Assembly (NCBI RefSeq): GCF_049075655.1
Contig: NZ_CP157522.1
Span: forward strand, 64,001-128,000
DNA from: Methanothermococcus sp. Ax23
GTDB taxonomy: Archaea > AGJL01 > Methanococci > Methanococcales > Methanococcaceae
Direction of reading: 5' to 3'
DNA length: 64,000 nt
A model generated the notes under the pieces. The model was not told the origin of the DNA, made no database searches, and saw only the letters and a list, made by a program, of their open reading frames with translations. Shown piece by piece: positions 45,402-56,260 of this stretch. A program made the translations under genes and the position numbers. Numbering within the stretch: position 1 is the first letter of the stretch; each line of letters opens with the position of its first letter.

Positions 45402-46394
45402 ACAAACAACATTCCAGAAGGAACAACAGTATATTTGAATATTGGTGGCGTAAATAAAGAAATTATAATCGGGGGAGATACACCAGTTCCACCTGCTCCA
45501 CCAGTAGTTAATGATACAACTACTACAAATAATACCGACAACGAACCTCCAAAAATAACAATACTATCTCCATCAAAAAGGGATTATAATATTTCCAATG
45601 TGGATTTCGAAGTAATTGTTGAAGATGAATCAGATTATACAATAAAATTTTATTTGAATGGTAATGGATTGGGTTATAATGAATCAGGCAATCATTACGT
45701 GGGAACTCTCAATTTAAAAGAGGGGGAAAATATATTCAAGATAATTGCAAAGGACCAATATAACAATGAAAACAGTAAAATTATATATCTTAACTATTAC
45801 AAACCAAAGAATCTGGAAAATAAAACTATTGCGGATAACAAAAGTGATAATATTACACCCAGTCAAGATAACATAAATAAAAACATAGGAGACAATATCC
45901 AAAATAATAATTCTAAACCAAATAACAACAACCCAGAACAAGAAAATATAGTATATGGGACAATAATAAAACATGTTGGAAATGCCACCTTAATAATATC
46001 CGATGGAACAAAAATTAGCACAGTTGGAGACATACAGCTAAAAGAAGTAAGTCTTCCAAATATTACACTTGCTTATTATATATCACCAAATAATGCGGAA
46101 TTTAACAAGCCACTAACTCTTGAAATATCATTGGATGTTCCAGAAGGCAAGGAATTAAAAATATTATATTATGATGAGCAGATGAAATCTTGGAAAAGTA
46201 TTCCTTATGTTTATGATAAAAATAACAGCAAAATAACCATTGATGTAACAAAATCAGGATACTATGCCATAAAAGAAAAGGATATATCCGAAAATAAAAA
46301 TAACAACTCCATATTTAGCGAAATAATAATGGTTGTTAAAATTGTTATAGGAGGTCTTATACATCTGATAAAATCCAAATTGGGTATTGCATAA
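44904..46394 (+). CDS. Secreted protein, paralog B, with C-terminal anchor
   Basis: Signal peptide, shared N-terminal domain, Pro/Thr linker, Ig-like domains, C-terminal hydrophobic helix; start could be ATG 44904 or ATT 44910/44913. Confidence 0.75.
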   Translation: MIIIKKILFLIILGLFISSAYAVSDIQISPSNPKVGDTLTLTGKANPNEDINCQAWFEVNPIISPPYYGYLMNSVEIPSSPNNFKVVAENVNKVYVSVKMGIWVTKSANADSNGIAIVSQSNVPVGTYDIKIGGTIKDSSKPVKLKIIASTTIKADENGYFEYSYKTNNIPEGTTVYLNIGGVNKEIIIGGDTPVPPAPPVVNDTTTTNNTDNEPPKITILSPSKRDYNISNVDFEVIVEDESDYTIKFYLNGNGLGYNESGNHYVGTLNLKEGENIFKIIAKDQYNNENSKIIYLNYYKPKNLENKTIADNKSDNITPSQDNINKNIGDNIQNNNSKPNNNNPEQENIVYGTIIKHVGNATLIISDGTKISTVGDIQLKEVSLPNITLAYYISPNNAEFNKPLTLEISLDVPEGKELKILYYDEQMKSWKSIPYVYDKNNSKITIDVTKSGYYAIKEKDISENKNNNSIFSEIIMVVKIVIGGLIHLIKSKLGIA

Positions 46395-46603
46395 TACATA
46401 AATCCTGTCTAAAATTAAACAATAAAGCCAAAACTAAAAGAAAAAATCATTAAGGAAGAGGTGTCAATAATTTAGAAGGATATTAAATGAGAGGAGCTCC
46501 TCCTTATATATAATATATGGCGGAGCTCTGATAATGAAATTTATAAAATTAATCTTTTAACCATGATGGTGGTTAAGGCTAAGTTTAGAAAATAGGTGAT
46601 TTC

Positions 46604-47659
46604 ATGGAATTTTTTAATAGAAAAAAGGAATTAGAAGATTTAAAAAAACTACTGTTGTTTGAACCTAATTTGATATATTTTATATATGGCCCTATAAATA
46701 GTGGCAAAACCACTTTAATAAATGAAGTAATTAAAAATTTAGATGAGGAATATGTTGCTTTTTATATAGATTTAAGAGCTCACTTTATATCAAAATATGA
46801 TGAGTTCGTGAGGGTTTTATTTGATGTTTCATCTTATGACAGTAGGAATATTAAAAAATACTTTAAAGATTTGTTAATTGATATGCCACACAGTTTGGGG
46901 GGTATTCCAATACCTAAAACACTATTAAATGAAATATTGGATGAGAATAAATCAGAGGATGTATTTAATTATATACTAAATGTTTTTGAGAATTTAAAAA
47001 ATAATGGGAAAAAGCCAATATTGATAATCGATGAATTGCAGGTAATAGAAGATTTAAAAATAAATGGATATTTGATTTATAAGTTGTTTAATTTCTTTAT
47101 AAGTTTAACTAAACAAAGGCATCTTAGCCATGTGGTTGTTTTAACCTCCGACAGCTTGTTTATAAATAAAGTATATAATGAGGCAATGTTGCAAGACAGA
47201 TGCAAATACTACTTAGTGGATGATTTTGATTATAAAACTACGAGAGAGTTCCTAATAAAAAATAATTTTGGCTCAGAGGAAATAGAAACTGTATGGAATT
47301 ATTTTGGTGGAAAACCTATAAAATTAATAGATGTAATTCAGGAAAAATTACTTGGCAATGATGTTGAAGAATACTGTAAAAGTTCGTTAATATTCAGAGC
47401 TCGGCAGATAAAAGATGAATTGTATAAATTGAAAAGAGAGGACGAAAACTTATTTAAAAATGTTTTAGGTTTATTTGAGAGATATAAGCATGTTGATAGT
47501 TTTATCTATGAAGAATTAACAGATGATGTAATTTGGGCAGTTAAAAAGAATATATTATTCGTCAATATTAAAACTGGGGAGTTAAAACCACAGGGGAAGT
47601 TGGAGTTGTTGGCAATTAATGAAGTGTTGAAGGATTTTGTAGTGTCGGAGCTCCGATAA
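46604..47659 (+). CDS. Archaeal AAA+ ATPase (ATPase_2 family, expanded in Methanococcales)
   Basis: FFNRKKEL, YGPINSGKT, IIDELQ, TSDSLF, YFGGKP. Confidence 0.9.
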   Translation: MEFFNRKKELEDLKKLLLFEPNLIYFIYGPINSGKTTLINEVIKNLDEEYVAFYIDLRAHFISKYDEFVRVLFDVSSYDSRNIKKYFKDLLIDMPHSLGGIPIPKTLLNEILDENKSEDVFNYILNVFENLKNNGKKPILIIDELQVIEDLKINGYLIYKLFNFFISLTKQRHLSHVVVLTSDSLFINKVYNEAMLQDRCKYYLVDDFDYKTTREFLIKNNFGSEEIETVWNYFGGKPIKLIDVIQEKLLGNDVEEYCKSSLIFRARQIKDELYKLKREDENLFKNVLGLFERYKHVDSFIYEELTDDVIWAVKKNILFVNIKTGELKPQGKLELLAINEVLKDFVVSELR

Positions 47660-47863
47660 TACTATATCTCCGATAATAATATATATCTTCGAGCTCATAT
47701 TATTAAGATATATATTAAAAATTATGGTTTATATTAGATTACATCATTATGAAAAAATATTTATGTTAAAATAAGACAATAACCGAAAAAACTATAAAAG
47801 TAAGAAGAAAACATAATATTACATACATAAGTAATTACATAAATATTAAATGAAGGGGTATTT

Positions 47864-48781
47864 ATGAGAGCTCTTATAACAGGCGGTGCAGGATTTATTG
47901 GTTCTAATATTGCGTTGGAATTGCAGGACAAAGGATATGAAACAATTGTTTTAGACGATTTTTCAAGTGGTAATTTTAAAAATCTCCTTGGTTATGGAGG
48001 GGATGTTGTTTCTGAGAGTATTTTGGATGTTGATTTAAATAAATTTAAAGATGTTGATGCTATTTTTCATGAAGCTGCCATAACAGATACAACAGTTAGT
48101 GACCAGAAGTTAATGATGCAAATAAACACAGAAGGATTCAGAAGACTTTTAGATTTTGCTGTTGAAAATGATATAAAGTTTATTTATGCATCTTCTGCGG
48201 CAACTTATGGTGATGCTGAATCTCCACAAAAAGAAGAATATGCTGGAAGACCTAACAATGTGTATGGTTTTTCAAAATGGATTTGCGATTGCATAGCTAA
48301 AAAATACATGGAGAAGTATCCTGATAGTCACATTGTTGGTTTAAGATATTTTAATGTTTTTGGACCAAGGGAGCAGTATAAGGGAAAAATGGCTTCAATG
48401 GTTTGGCAGTTGGCAAAACAGATGGTTGATGGAAAAAATCCAAGAATCTTCAAATGGGGAGAGCAGAAGAGAGACCAAGTTTATGTTAAAAATATTGTTC
48501 AAATAAATTTGATGGCATTGGATGCTAAGGAAAGCTGTATTGTAAATGCAGGTAGTGGTAAGGCAGTTTCATTTAATCATATTATCGAAGTTTTAAATGA
48601 TGTTTTAGGCTTTGACTATGAACCTGAATATTTTGACAATCCTTATGAAGAGTTTTATCAAGATTTTACACAGGCAGATTTAACCAATGCTAAGAAATAT
48701 TTGGGATACGAACCCAAATGGACTTTTGAAGATGCTGTTAAAGATTATGTTGAATGGTTGAAAGAGAATAAATATATTTAA
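47864..48781 (+). CDS. hldD: ADP-L-glycero-D-manno-heptose 6-epimerase-like SDR
   Basis: ITGGAGFIGSN, HEAAITDTT, YASSAATYG, PNNVYGFSK, LRYFNVFGPREQYKGKMAS, YQDFTQAD. Confidence 0.8.
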   Translation: MRALITGGAGFIGSNIALELQDKGYETIVLDDFSSGNFKNLLGYGGDVVSESILDVDLNKFKDVDAIFHEAAITDTTVSDQKLMMQINTEGFRRLLDFAVENDIKFIYASSAATYGDAESPQKEEYAGRPNNVYGFSKWICDCIAKKYMEKYPDSHIVGLRYFNVFGPREQYKGKMASMVWQLAKQMVDGKNPRIFKWGEQKRDQVYVKNIVQINLMALDAKESCIVNAGSGKAVSFNHIIEVLNDVLGFDYEPEYFDNPYEEFYQDFTQADLTNAKKYLGYEPKWTFEDAVKDYVEWLKENKYI

Positions 48782-48803
48782 CTATATTGGAGGAGGGTAT
48801 AAA

Positions 48804-49826
48804 ATGAAAAAAGCAATTATAACTGGAATAACAGGACAAGATGGATATTATTTAACAAAATTACTTTTGGAAAAAGGATACGAAGTTCATGGAATCGTAA
48901 GAAGAAACAGTCAAAACTCCTTAGGAAACTTGGAGCATTTATCACAGGAAGAAAAAGAACAGATAAATATCCACTGGGGGGATATTACAGATAATTTATT
49001 CATGGATAACGTTGTTAAAGCAGTACAGCCTGATGAAGTTTATCACTTAGCGGCACAGAGTTTTGTTGGATTCTCTTTTGAGAACCCGAGATTTACCTAC
49101 GATGTAAATATTGGGGGAACTTTGAATGTAGCTAATGCGGTAAAGGAATACGCACCATCTTCAAAACTCTATTTTGCTGCAACGTCTGAATTGTATGGAA
49201 AGGTTCAGGAAATTCCACAGAAAGAGACCACCCCATTTTATCCAAGAAGTCCTTATGGGGTTTCCAAATTAGCAGGATTTTGGACAATTAAAAATTATAG
49301 AGAGAGTTATGACTTATTTATGAGCAATGGAATTCTGTTCAATCACGAATCACCTATGCGTGGACCAGAATTCGTAACAAGAAAAATAACAATGGCGGTT
49401 GCTAGAATATATCGTGGATTACAGGATTTTGTTGAGTTGGGGAATTTAAGTGCTAAAAGGGATTGGGGTTATGCTGGAGATTACGTTTATGGTATGTGGA
49501 AAATATTGCAGCATGATAAACCAGATGACTTTGTTTTGGCAACAAACGAAACCCACACAGTTAGGGAATTTGTTGAAAATGCATTTAAGGTTGTAGGAAT
49601 CGACATAGAATGGGAAGGCGAAGGAGTTAATGAAGTTGGTAAAGATGCCAATACTGGAAAGGTTTTGGTAAAAGTCAATCCAGAGTTTTTCAGACCTGCG
49701 GAAGTTGATATATTAATTGGTGACTATTCAAAAGCTAAGAAGGAGCTCGGATGGGAACCGAAGGTTAAATTTAAAGAATTAGTTAAGATGATGGTTGAAA
49801 AGGATTTGGAAAGGATTGGAAATTAA
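48804..49826 (+). CDS. gmd: GDP-mannose 4,6-dehydratase
   Basis: ITGITGQDG, PFYPRSPYG, GILFNHESP, RDWG, FRPAEVD. Confidence 0.95.
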   Translation: MKKAIITGITGQDGYYLTKLLLEKGYEVHGIVRRNSQNSLGNLEHLSQEEKEQINIHWGDITDNLFMDNVVKAVQPDEVYHLAAQSFVGFSFENPRFTYDVNIGGTLNVANAVKEYAPSSKLYFAATSELYGKVQEIPQKETTPFYPRSPYGVSKLAGFWTIKNYRESYDLFMSNGILFNHESPMRGPEFVTRKITMAVARIYRGLQDFVELGNLSAKRDWGYAGDYVYGMWKILQHDKPDDFVLATNETHTVREFVENAFKVVGIDIEWEGEGVNEVGKDANTGKVLVKVNPEFFRPAEVDILIGDYSKAKKELGWEPKVKFKELVKMMVEKDLERIGN

Positions 49827-49915
49827 GATTTTAATGTTCCTTTTACTGAGCTCAGATTTAAGATGAATTATGTGAGCTGTTTATTTTTTAATTTTTTAAT
49901 TTAAAGGATGATACC

Positions 49916-50605
49916 ATGGATAAAAAACTTTTAGCATTGATACCAGCGTACAACGAAGAGAAATCCATTAAAAAAGTAATTGAGAACATTAAAGATACTG
50001 TTGATGGAATTTTAGTTGTTGATGATGGTAGTGAAGATAACACCACGAAGTATGCAAAAGAATGTGGTGTTGAAGTAATCACATTTAGAGAAAATAGAGG
50101 TAAGGGGGTTGCAATTAGAGAAGGTTATAAATATTTTATAAATTCCCCCTATGACATATGCTTTATTTTTGATGCCGATGGGCAATATAGGAAAGACGAT
50201 ATTATGCCAGTTTGCTTCCCTATTATAAATGATGAGGCAGATATCGTTGTAGGTTCAAGATTCTTAGGAGAATATACCGAAGGAGCGAATATTAATTACA
50301 AAATTAGAATCGCATGTAATAATATATCCACAACAGTAACGAGGATTATGTCGGGAGTTCCAACAACCGATTCACAAAGTGGTTTAGTTGCAGTTAATAA
50401 ATATGCTGCTAAACAGCTTGATTTAAATGCTAATAGATGGGGGATTCATCAGGAAATCATAATAAGGGCAGGTAAAAAAGGTTTGAGATACAAAGAAGTC
50501 CCAATCATTTTTGAAAAAAGAATGCACGGAGTTTCTCGTTTAAAGGTCTTGAAATATCCTTTCACAGCATTTCCTGTTATGTTAAAGGCTTGGATGAGGA
50601 AATAA
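49916..50605 (+). CDS. GT2 glycosyltransferase (dolichyl-phosphate sugar synthase-like)
   Basis: IPAYNEE, VDDGS.D, DADGQY, GSRF, DSQSG. Confidence 0.88.
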   Translation: MDKKLLALIPAYNEEKSIKKVIENIKDTVDGILVVDDGSEDNTTKYAKECGVEVITFRENRGKGVAIREGYKYFINSPYDICFIFDADGQYRKDDIMPVCFPIINDEADIVVGSRFLGEYTEGANINYKIRIACNNISTTVTRIMSGVPTTDSQSGLVAVNKYAAKQLDLNANRWGIHQEIIIRAGKKGLRYKEVPIIFEKRMHGVSRLKVLKYPFTAFPVMLKAWMRK

Positions 50606-50658
50606 ATTTTGAGCAATTTACACATTAAAAACAAGATATTGGTTAATAGGGGAATATT

Positions 50659-51783
50659 ATGAAAATTGGAATTATAACAGATAGGTTAAACAGACCTTTA
50701 ACTGGTGTTGGGAACTATGTATATCACTTAACAAAAGAACTTTTAAAAATTGATAAAGATAAAATTTACTTAATAAATTACAATACTTTTGGAGATCCAC
50801 ATGTGGATAATAAAATAATGATTATAAAAAATTATTTTAGAAGTTTTCCAAAACCGTATTATTTTTGGAACTGGTATTTAAATTACAAATTGAACATAAC
50901 CAATATTGGACTTGATGTAATTCATAGTCCAGAAAGTAGCACGATTTATATGAAACTCAGATTTCAAAAGAAAATTATAACCGTTTATGACATTAGGCAG
51001 TATTTATATCCCGATATCTCAAACACAATGAACAAGTACGGATATAAGATATTTTTTCCAAAAACTCTAAAATCCGCCGATAAAATAATATCAATATCTC
51101 AACATACAAAAAATGATTTAATAAACCATTTTAAAATTCCAGAAGATAAAATAAAAGTAATACACTTGGCAGCAAATGAAAACTACAAACCATTAAGAGA
51201 AAATGAGATAAACGAAATAAAACAAAAATACAATCTAATTTATCCATTTATATTATATGTTGGAACATTAGAACAACACAAAAATATTCCAACATTATTA
51301 AAAGCACTTTACAAACTTAAAAAAATGGGGACGAAACATAAATTAGTAATCACTGGTAAAAAAGGATGGAAATACAAATCCATCTTTGAAACCATAGAAA
51401 AACTAAACCTACAAAAGGATGTAATATTCACTGGCTATGTTCCAGATGAAGATTTACCTGCTTTATATAACGCTGCTGATTTATTCGTTTATCCTTCTAT
51501 TTATGAAGGATTTGGATTGCCACCATTAGAGGCAATGGCATGTGGAACGCCAGTTGTAACTTCAAACACTTCCTCTCTACCCGAAGTGGTTGGAGATGCT
51601 GGAATAATGGTTAATCCTTATGATGTTAACGAGTTAGCTAAGGCAATGTATGAAGTTTTAACTAACAATGGATTAAGAGAAGAGCTATCTAAGAAAGGTT
51701 TAGAAAGAGCCAAACTATTCAGCTGGAAAAAATGTGCAGAAGAACATTTAAAAGTTTATGAAGAAGTTTATAATGTGAAATGA
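50659..51783 (+). CDS. GT4 glycosyltransferase (mannosyltransferase-like), copy 1
   Basis: [15 protein letters not shown]; GT-B fold. Confidence 0.92.
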   Translation: MKIGIITDRLNRPLTGVGNYVYHLTKELLKIDKDKIYLINYNTFGDPHVDNKIMIIKNYFRSFPKPYYFWNWYLNYKLNITNIGLDVIHSPESSTIYMKLRFQKKIITVYDIRQYLYPDISNTMNKYGYKIFFPKTLKSADKIISISQHTKNDLINHFKIPEDKIKVIHLAANENYKPLRENEINEIKQKYNLIYPFILYVGTLEQHKNIPTLLKALYKLKKMGTKHKLVITGKKGWKYKSIFETIEKLNLQKDVIFTGYVPDEDLPALYNAADLFVYPSIYEGFGLPPLEAMACGTPVVTSNTSSLPEVVGDAGIMVNPYDVNELAKAMYEVLTNNGLREELSKKGLERAKLFSWKKCAEEHLKVYEEVYNVK

Positions 51784-52900
51784 GGGGAAGAATGAAGATT
51801 GGAATTATTTCAGAAAAATTAAATCCTCCAAGAACAGGCGTTGGAAATTATTTATACAATACATTGAAGGCTACTGCTAAATTACAAAATAAGAATTATT
51901 GTCTAATTAACTATCAACATAATAATTTAATTCCAAGTGCGAATCTGATAGTTGTAAAAAAACCATTTAATAATAGATACTTATGGTATCAAATTTTGCC
52001 CATAAATAACAGTTTAGAAAATTTAGATATAATTCACAACCCTTTTCAAATTCCAACAATTCTTAATTTTAAACAAAAATATATAATGTCTGTTTTAGAT
52101 TTAATACAAATATTATTTCCAAAAGAAATTGAAAAAAGTGTTTATTTGTTTCAAAAAATTATACTTTCGAAATCCATAAAATCCGCCGATAAAATAATCT
52201 CAATTTCACACCATACAAAACAAGATATAATAAAATACTTTAAAATTCCAGAAGATAAAATAAAAGTAATTCACTTAGCAGCAAATGAAAACTACAAACC
52301 ATTGAGAGAAAATGAGATAAATGACATAAAACAAAAGTATAACTTAAACTATCCCTTTATATTATATGTCGGAACCTTGGAACCAAGAAAAAACATTCCA
52401 ACTCTATTAAAAGCACTTTACAAACTTAAAAAAATGGGGACGAAACATAAATTAGTAATCACTGGTAAAAAAGGATGGAAATACAAATCCATCTTTGAAA
52501 CCATAGAAAAACTAAACCTACAAAAGGATGTAATATTCACTGGCTATGTTCCAGATGAAGATTTACCTGCTTTATACAACGCTGCTGATTTATTCGTTTA
52601 TCCTTCTATTTATGAAGGATTTGGATTGCCACCATTAGAGGCAATGGCATGTGGAACGCCAGTTGTAACTTCAAACACTTCCTCTCTACCCGAAGTGGTT
52701 GGAGATGCTGGAATAATGGTTAATCCTTATGATGTTAACGAGTTAGCTAAGGCAATGTATGAAGTTTTAACTAACGATGGATTAAGAGAAGAGCTATCTA
52801 AGAAAGGTTTAGAAAGAGCCAAACTATTCAGCTGGAAAAAATGTGCAGAAGAACATTTAAAAGTTTATGAAGAAGTTTATAATGTGAAATGAGGGGAAGA
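51296..52900 (+). repeat. ~495 bp near-identical direct repeat (51296-51791 and 52405-52900)
   Basis: Offset 1109; includes the stop codon and the downstream TGAGGGGAAGA. Confidence 0.9.
51792..52892 (+). CDS. GT4 glycosyltransferase, copy 2
   Basis: [20 protein letters not shown]; GAGGGG RBS. Confidence 0.92.
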   Translation: MKIGIISEKLNPPRTGVGNYLYNTLKATAKLQNKNYCLINYQHNNLIPSANLIVVKKPFNNRYLWYQILPINNSLENLDIIHNPFQIPTILNFKQKYIMSVLDLIQILFPKEIEKSVYLFQKIILSKSIKSADKIISISHHTKQDIIKYFKIPEDKIKVIHLAANENYKPLRENEINDIKQKYNLNYPFILYVGTLEPRKNIPTLLKALYKLKKMGTKHKLVITGKKGWKYKSIFETIEKLNLQKDVIFTGYVPDEDLPALYNAADLFVYPSIYEGFGLPPLEAMACGTPVVTSNTSSLPEVVGDAGIMVNPYDVNELAKAMYEVLTNDGLREELSKKGLERAKLFSWKKCAEEHLKVYEEVYNVK

Positions 52901-52902
52901 GG

Positions 52903-54057
52903 ATGAAAAATAAAAAACTTATTCTTAAATTTATTAAACATATCTTTGATATATTATTTTTTTGGAAGAAATTTAAAAAATTTAAAAAGGAAAAAGTGAA
53001 AAAAATATTAGTAATTTCTGAATATTTGGGTGATGTTGTAGTTACATCTTCTTTTCTAAAAAATTTGAGATATAATTTTCCAGAAGTAGAGATTACACTC
53101 CAATGTAGAAAAGAAGCAAAAGATGTTGCTGAATGTATTCCATTTGTTGATAAAATAATTGTAGTGAATTTTCCATTTGGTTTGAAATTTAGAGAAAGTG
53201 ACGGATATTTGGCGATACTAAAGTATATAATAAGAAATCTTAATAAATATGATGTAGTGTTTAGTTTAAGTGGAACTATTTACAATCCAATTTTAATTTT
53301 TTGTGGGCGTTATTTAGTTGGATCTGAAGGAAAATTCTCTTTTTCATTCGATTTTTTATTGGATAAAAAAGTAAAAAGAGATAAGAATAAACATGTAGTT
53401 GAGAGATATTTAGATTTACTAAAAGCTTTAAATCTAAAAATATATGATAAAAGATTAGAACTAAAAATAGATGAACAATATTACAAATCATTAAAGAATA
53501 AACTGAATTTTATAGATTTTGATAAAGATTTTGTTATAGTATGTCATCCTCGTGGAGGTCATGTTTATAAAGACTGGCCTTTTGAATACTGGAATAAATT
53601 AAATAATAAAATTCTCAAGGATTTTCCAGATGTTAAAATATTGTATGGTGGTTCTAAAAACGAATATAACGATTTAAATAAAAACATTAAGTTCGATAAC
53701 AAAAATATTTATAACATTGCTGGTGAATTATCATTAAAAGAATACTTCGCATTAATTGATTTATGTGATTTATTAATAAGCGTAGATACATCAGCAGTTC
53801 ATGCACGAGCAGCATTTAATAAATATTTAATTGGATTATATTCTGGAAACAACGCCAACGAATGGGATCCCTACACAGATAAAAAAACTGTATTTAAAGA
53901 TGTAAGTTGCGATAAATACCCTTGCTATCTATTACAAGCACAACTAATGGGATTAAAACCATGTCCTTATGGTTATCCCGCACCATGCATGAAAAATATA
54001 AAACCTGATGAAATTTATAAAAAGGTTAAGGAATATATTTTAAGAAATAAAAAATAA
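52903..54057 (+). CDS. GT9 (heptosyltransferase-like) glycosyltransferase
   Basis: LGDVV, HVVERYL, K.WP, LISVDTSAVH.RAA, C.PC-like Cys cluster, CM..I.PDE. Confidence 0.82.
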   Translation: MKNKKLILKFIKHIFDILFFWKKFKKFKKEKVKKILVISEYLGDVVVTSSFLKNLRYNFPEVEITLQCRKEAKDVAECIPFVDKIIVVNFPFGLKFRESDGYLAILKYIIRNLNKYDVVFSLSGTIYNPILIFCGRYLVGSEGKFSFSFDFLLDKKVKRDKNKHVVERYLDLLKALNLKIYDKRLELKIDEQYYKSLKNKLNFIDFDKDFVIVCHPRGGHVYKDWPFEYWNKLNNKILKDFPDVKILYGGSKNEYNDLNKNIKFDNKNIYNIAGELSLKEYFALIDLCDLLISVDTSAVHARAAFNKYLIGLYSGNNANEWDPYTDKKTVFKDVSCDKYPCYLLQAQLMGLKPCPYGYPAPCMKNIKPDEIYKKVKEYILRNKK

Positions 54058-54067
54058 TTGTGAGAAT

Positions 54068-56260
54068 ATGAAGCTACAAAATCCATTTAAATTACAAAAT
54101 TGGAAATTTAAAAAATTTTTATTAATAATTTTGGGCATTCAATTATCTTTATTAGGGTTATTTACATTAAATAATTTAGGAATAGACATAACAATTTTAA
54201 GACCATTGATAGGATTTATATATATATCCTTCATCCCAGGATATTTGCTTCTAAGGATTTTAAGATTGCACAATTTAAGCAGTATTGAGAGTTTTTTATA
54301 TGCCCTTGGACTGAGTTTATTTATGGGTATGTTTGTTGGATTTTTGATGAATATGTTTTATCCAATTTTAGGCATTACAAATAAACCTATTGCAGAAATT
54401 CCAATAGTTTTAACTATGGCTGGAGTTGTGTTTTTATTGTGTATTATTGCTTATTTTAGAGATAAAAAATATAATAGTCCTGACTATATCAATTTAAAAG
54501 ATATTATAAATCCACAGGTTTTATTTTTAAGTTTAATTCCATTCATGGCAATATTTGGAACCTATTTAGTAAATTATTACCATAATAATATTTTATTAAT
54601 GATAATGATTGTTATAATTGCATTGATTGCATTAATTGTTGGATTTACAGATTGGATTGATAAGAAATATTATCCTTATGCTATTTGGGCAATTGCTATT
54701 GCATTAGTATGGCATATAATGCTAATAACTCCTTATGTAAATAACCATGATGGGGAAATGGTAGGTGCTAAATCAACAATAGAAAATGGATTTTGGAATT
54801 ATAATATATATGGGAACTATAATTCAATTTTAAGCAATAATGTATTTACCCCAATGGTTTATTTTATTTTGGGAATTAATCTAACTTGGGTTTATAAATT
54901 AATATTTCCACTATGGATATCAATATTTCCAGTTGTGATTTATGTTATTGTTAGGAAGTATTTAGATTGCAAAATGTCATTTTTATCTGCATTAGTTGTT
55001 ATTATCTCAGGTGGAATGGCATACATTAATACATTTACAGTAATTACTAAACAATTTATGGCGGAATTTTTTATGTCATTAATAATAGTTGCTATGTATG
55101 GTGATATAAATAGACTTAAAAAAATGATAATCACATTAATGTTTGGAATGGGCGTAATTTGGTCCCATTATGGAACATCTTATTTGTTTATGGCAGGATT
55201 ATTATTCACAGTAATATTTTTAAAAATTTATAAATTAATCGATAACAAACCAAATAATTACAATAACTCAAAAGAATTTTTATCATTTGCGTTAATATAT
55301 TTATTGTTGATATTATCATGGTATATGTATGTTTCAAGTTCTTCATTATTTAAATCAATTGTAGGTATCGGAAGTAGTGTCTTTGGCTCAATTTGGACAT
55401 CATTTTTAAGCCCTGATGCATCAAGAGGAGCATATATGATAGCTAAAAAATATTCTGAAGGATTATTATTGCTAATTAAATATATGAACCTGGGAATAGC
55501 GTTTTTTATGGTTTTGGGAATGTGTAAAACATTGTGGAACTATAAAAAATCAAAATTTGATGCTACCTATTTAGGGCTGTCATTGTATTTTTTAGGAATA
55601 CTTGTTGCCGCAGTAGTTTTACCATTTTTTGCAGTAATGGGTCCCGATAGACTATATATTTTAGCATTAATTATAACTTCCCCATTTTGTATAATTGGAG
55701 GAATACTCTTCTTTAAAATAATTTCAAAAATTTTTAGAAAGGATATTAAAACAAATAATCTTCTAAAAATAGTATGTGTTTATGTAATAATTTTAATGTT
55801 ATTTAATGTTGGATTTATTCAAGAACTTACAAAAGATCATCCGACTTCAATAGCATTAAGTCAGAATTCGGTGGATAAATATGGAACATTAGAAGACCGT
55901 GCAAGGTTATATAATCGATTAATTACTGAGTATGATATGCATGCAGTGAAATGGATGTCCCAATACGATAAGAAAAATAGTAATATTTATTATAATAGGG
56001 GGCGATCATCAGTAGGTATTATGCTTGATAATTATGGAGACATGTCTTTAAAAATAAAGGGGTTGAACGAACATACAAAATATATTGAAGAAAAATCATA
56101 CATTTGGCTAATGTATGTCAATCTCAAAAAAAATGTTGGGTTTGGAGTCATCCCTGGTGTAGCTGTATCATATTATTTTGATTTCTCAGAAGTTAAACCA
56201 TTATTAAAAAATAAAAACAAAATATACGATAACGGGGGAAGTCAAATATTATTATCTTAA
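54068..56260 (+). CDS. Polytopic membrane protein (DUF2206-like)
   Basis: Many TM helices, FIPGYLLL, SHYGTSY, C-terminal NKIYDNGGS. Confidence 0.75.
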   Translation: MKLQNPFKLQNWKFKKFLLIILGIQLSLLGLFTLNNLGIDITILRPLIGFIYISFIPGYLLLRILRLHNLSSIESFLYALGLSLFMGMFVGFLMNMFYPILGITNKPIAEIPIVLTMAGVVFLLCIIAYFRDKKYNSPDYINLKDIINPQVLFLSLIPFMAIFGTYLVNYYHNNILLMIMIVIIALIALIVGFTDWIDKKYYPYAIWAIAIALVWHIMLITPYVNNHDGEMVGAKSTIENGFWNYNIYGNYNSILSNNVFTPMVYFILGINLTWVYKLIFPLWISIFPVVIYVIVRKYLDCKMSFLSALVVIISGGMAYINTFTVITKQFMAEFFMSLIIVAMYGDINRLKKMIITLMFGMGVIWSHYGTSYLFMAGLLFTVIFLKIYKLIDNKPNNYNNSKEFLSFALIYLLLILSWYMYVSSSSLFKSIVGIGSSVFGSIWTSFLSPDASRGAYMIAKKYSEGLLLLIKYMNLGIAFFMVLGMCKTLWNYKKSKFDATYLGLSLYFLGILVAAVVLPFFAVMGPDRLYILALIITSPFCIIGGILFFKIISKIFRKDIKTNNLLKIVCVYVIILMLFNVGFIQELTKDHPTSIALSQNSVDKYGTLEDRARLYNRLITEYDMHAVKWMSQYDKKNSNIYYNRGRSSVGIMLDNYGDMSLKIKGLNEHTKYIEEKSYIWLMYVNLKKNVGFGVIPGVAVSYYFDFSEVKPLLKNKNKIYDNGGSQILLS

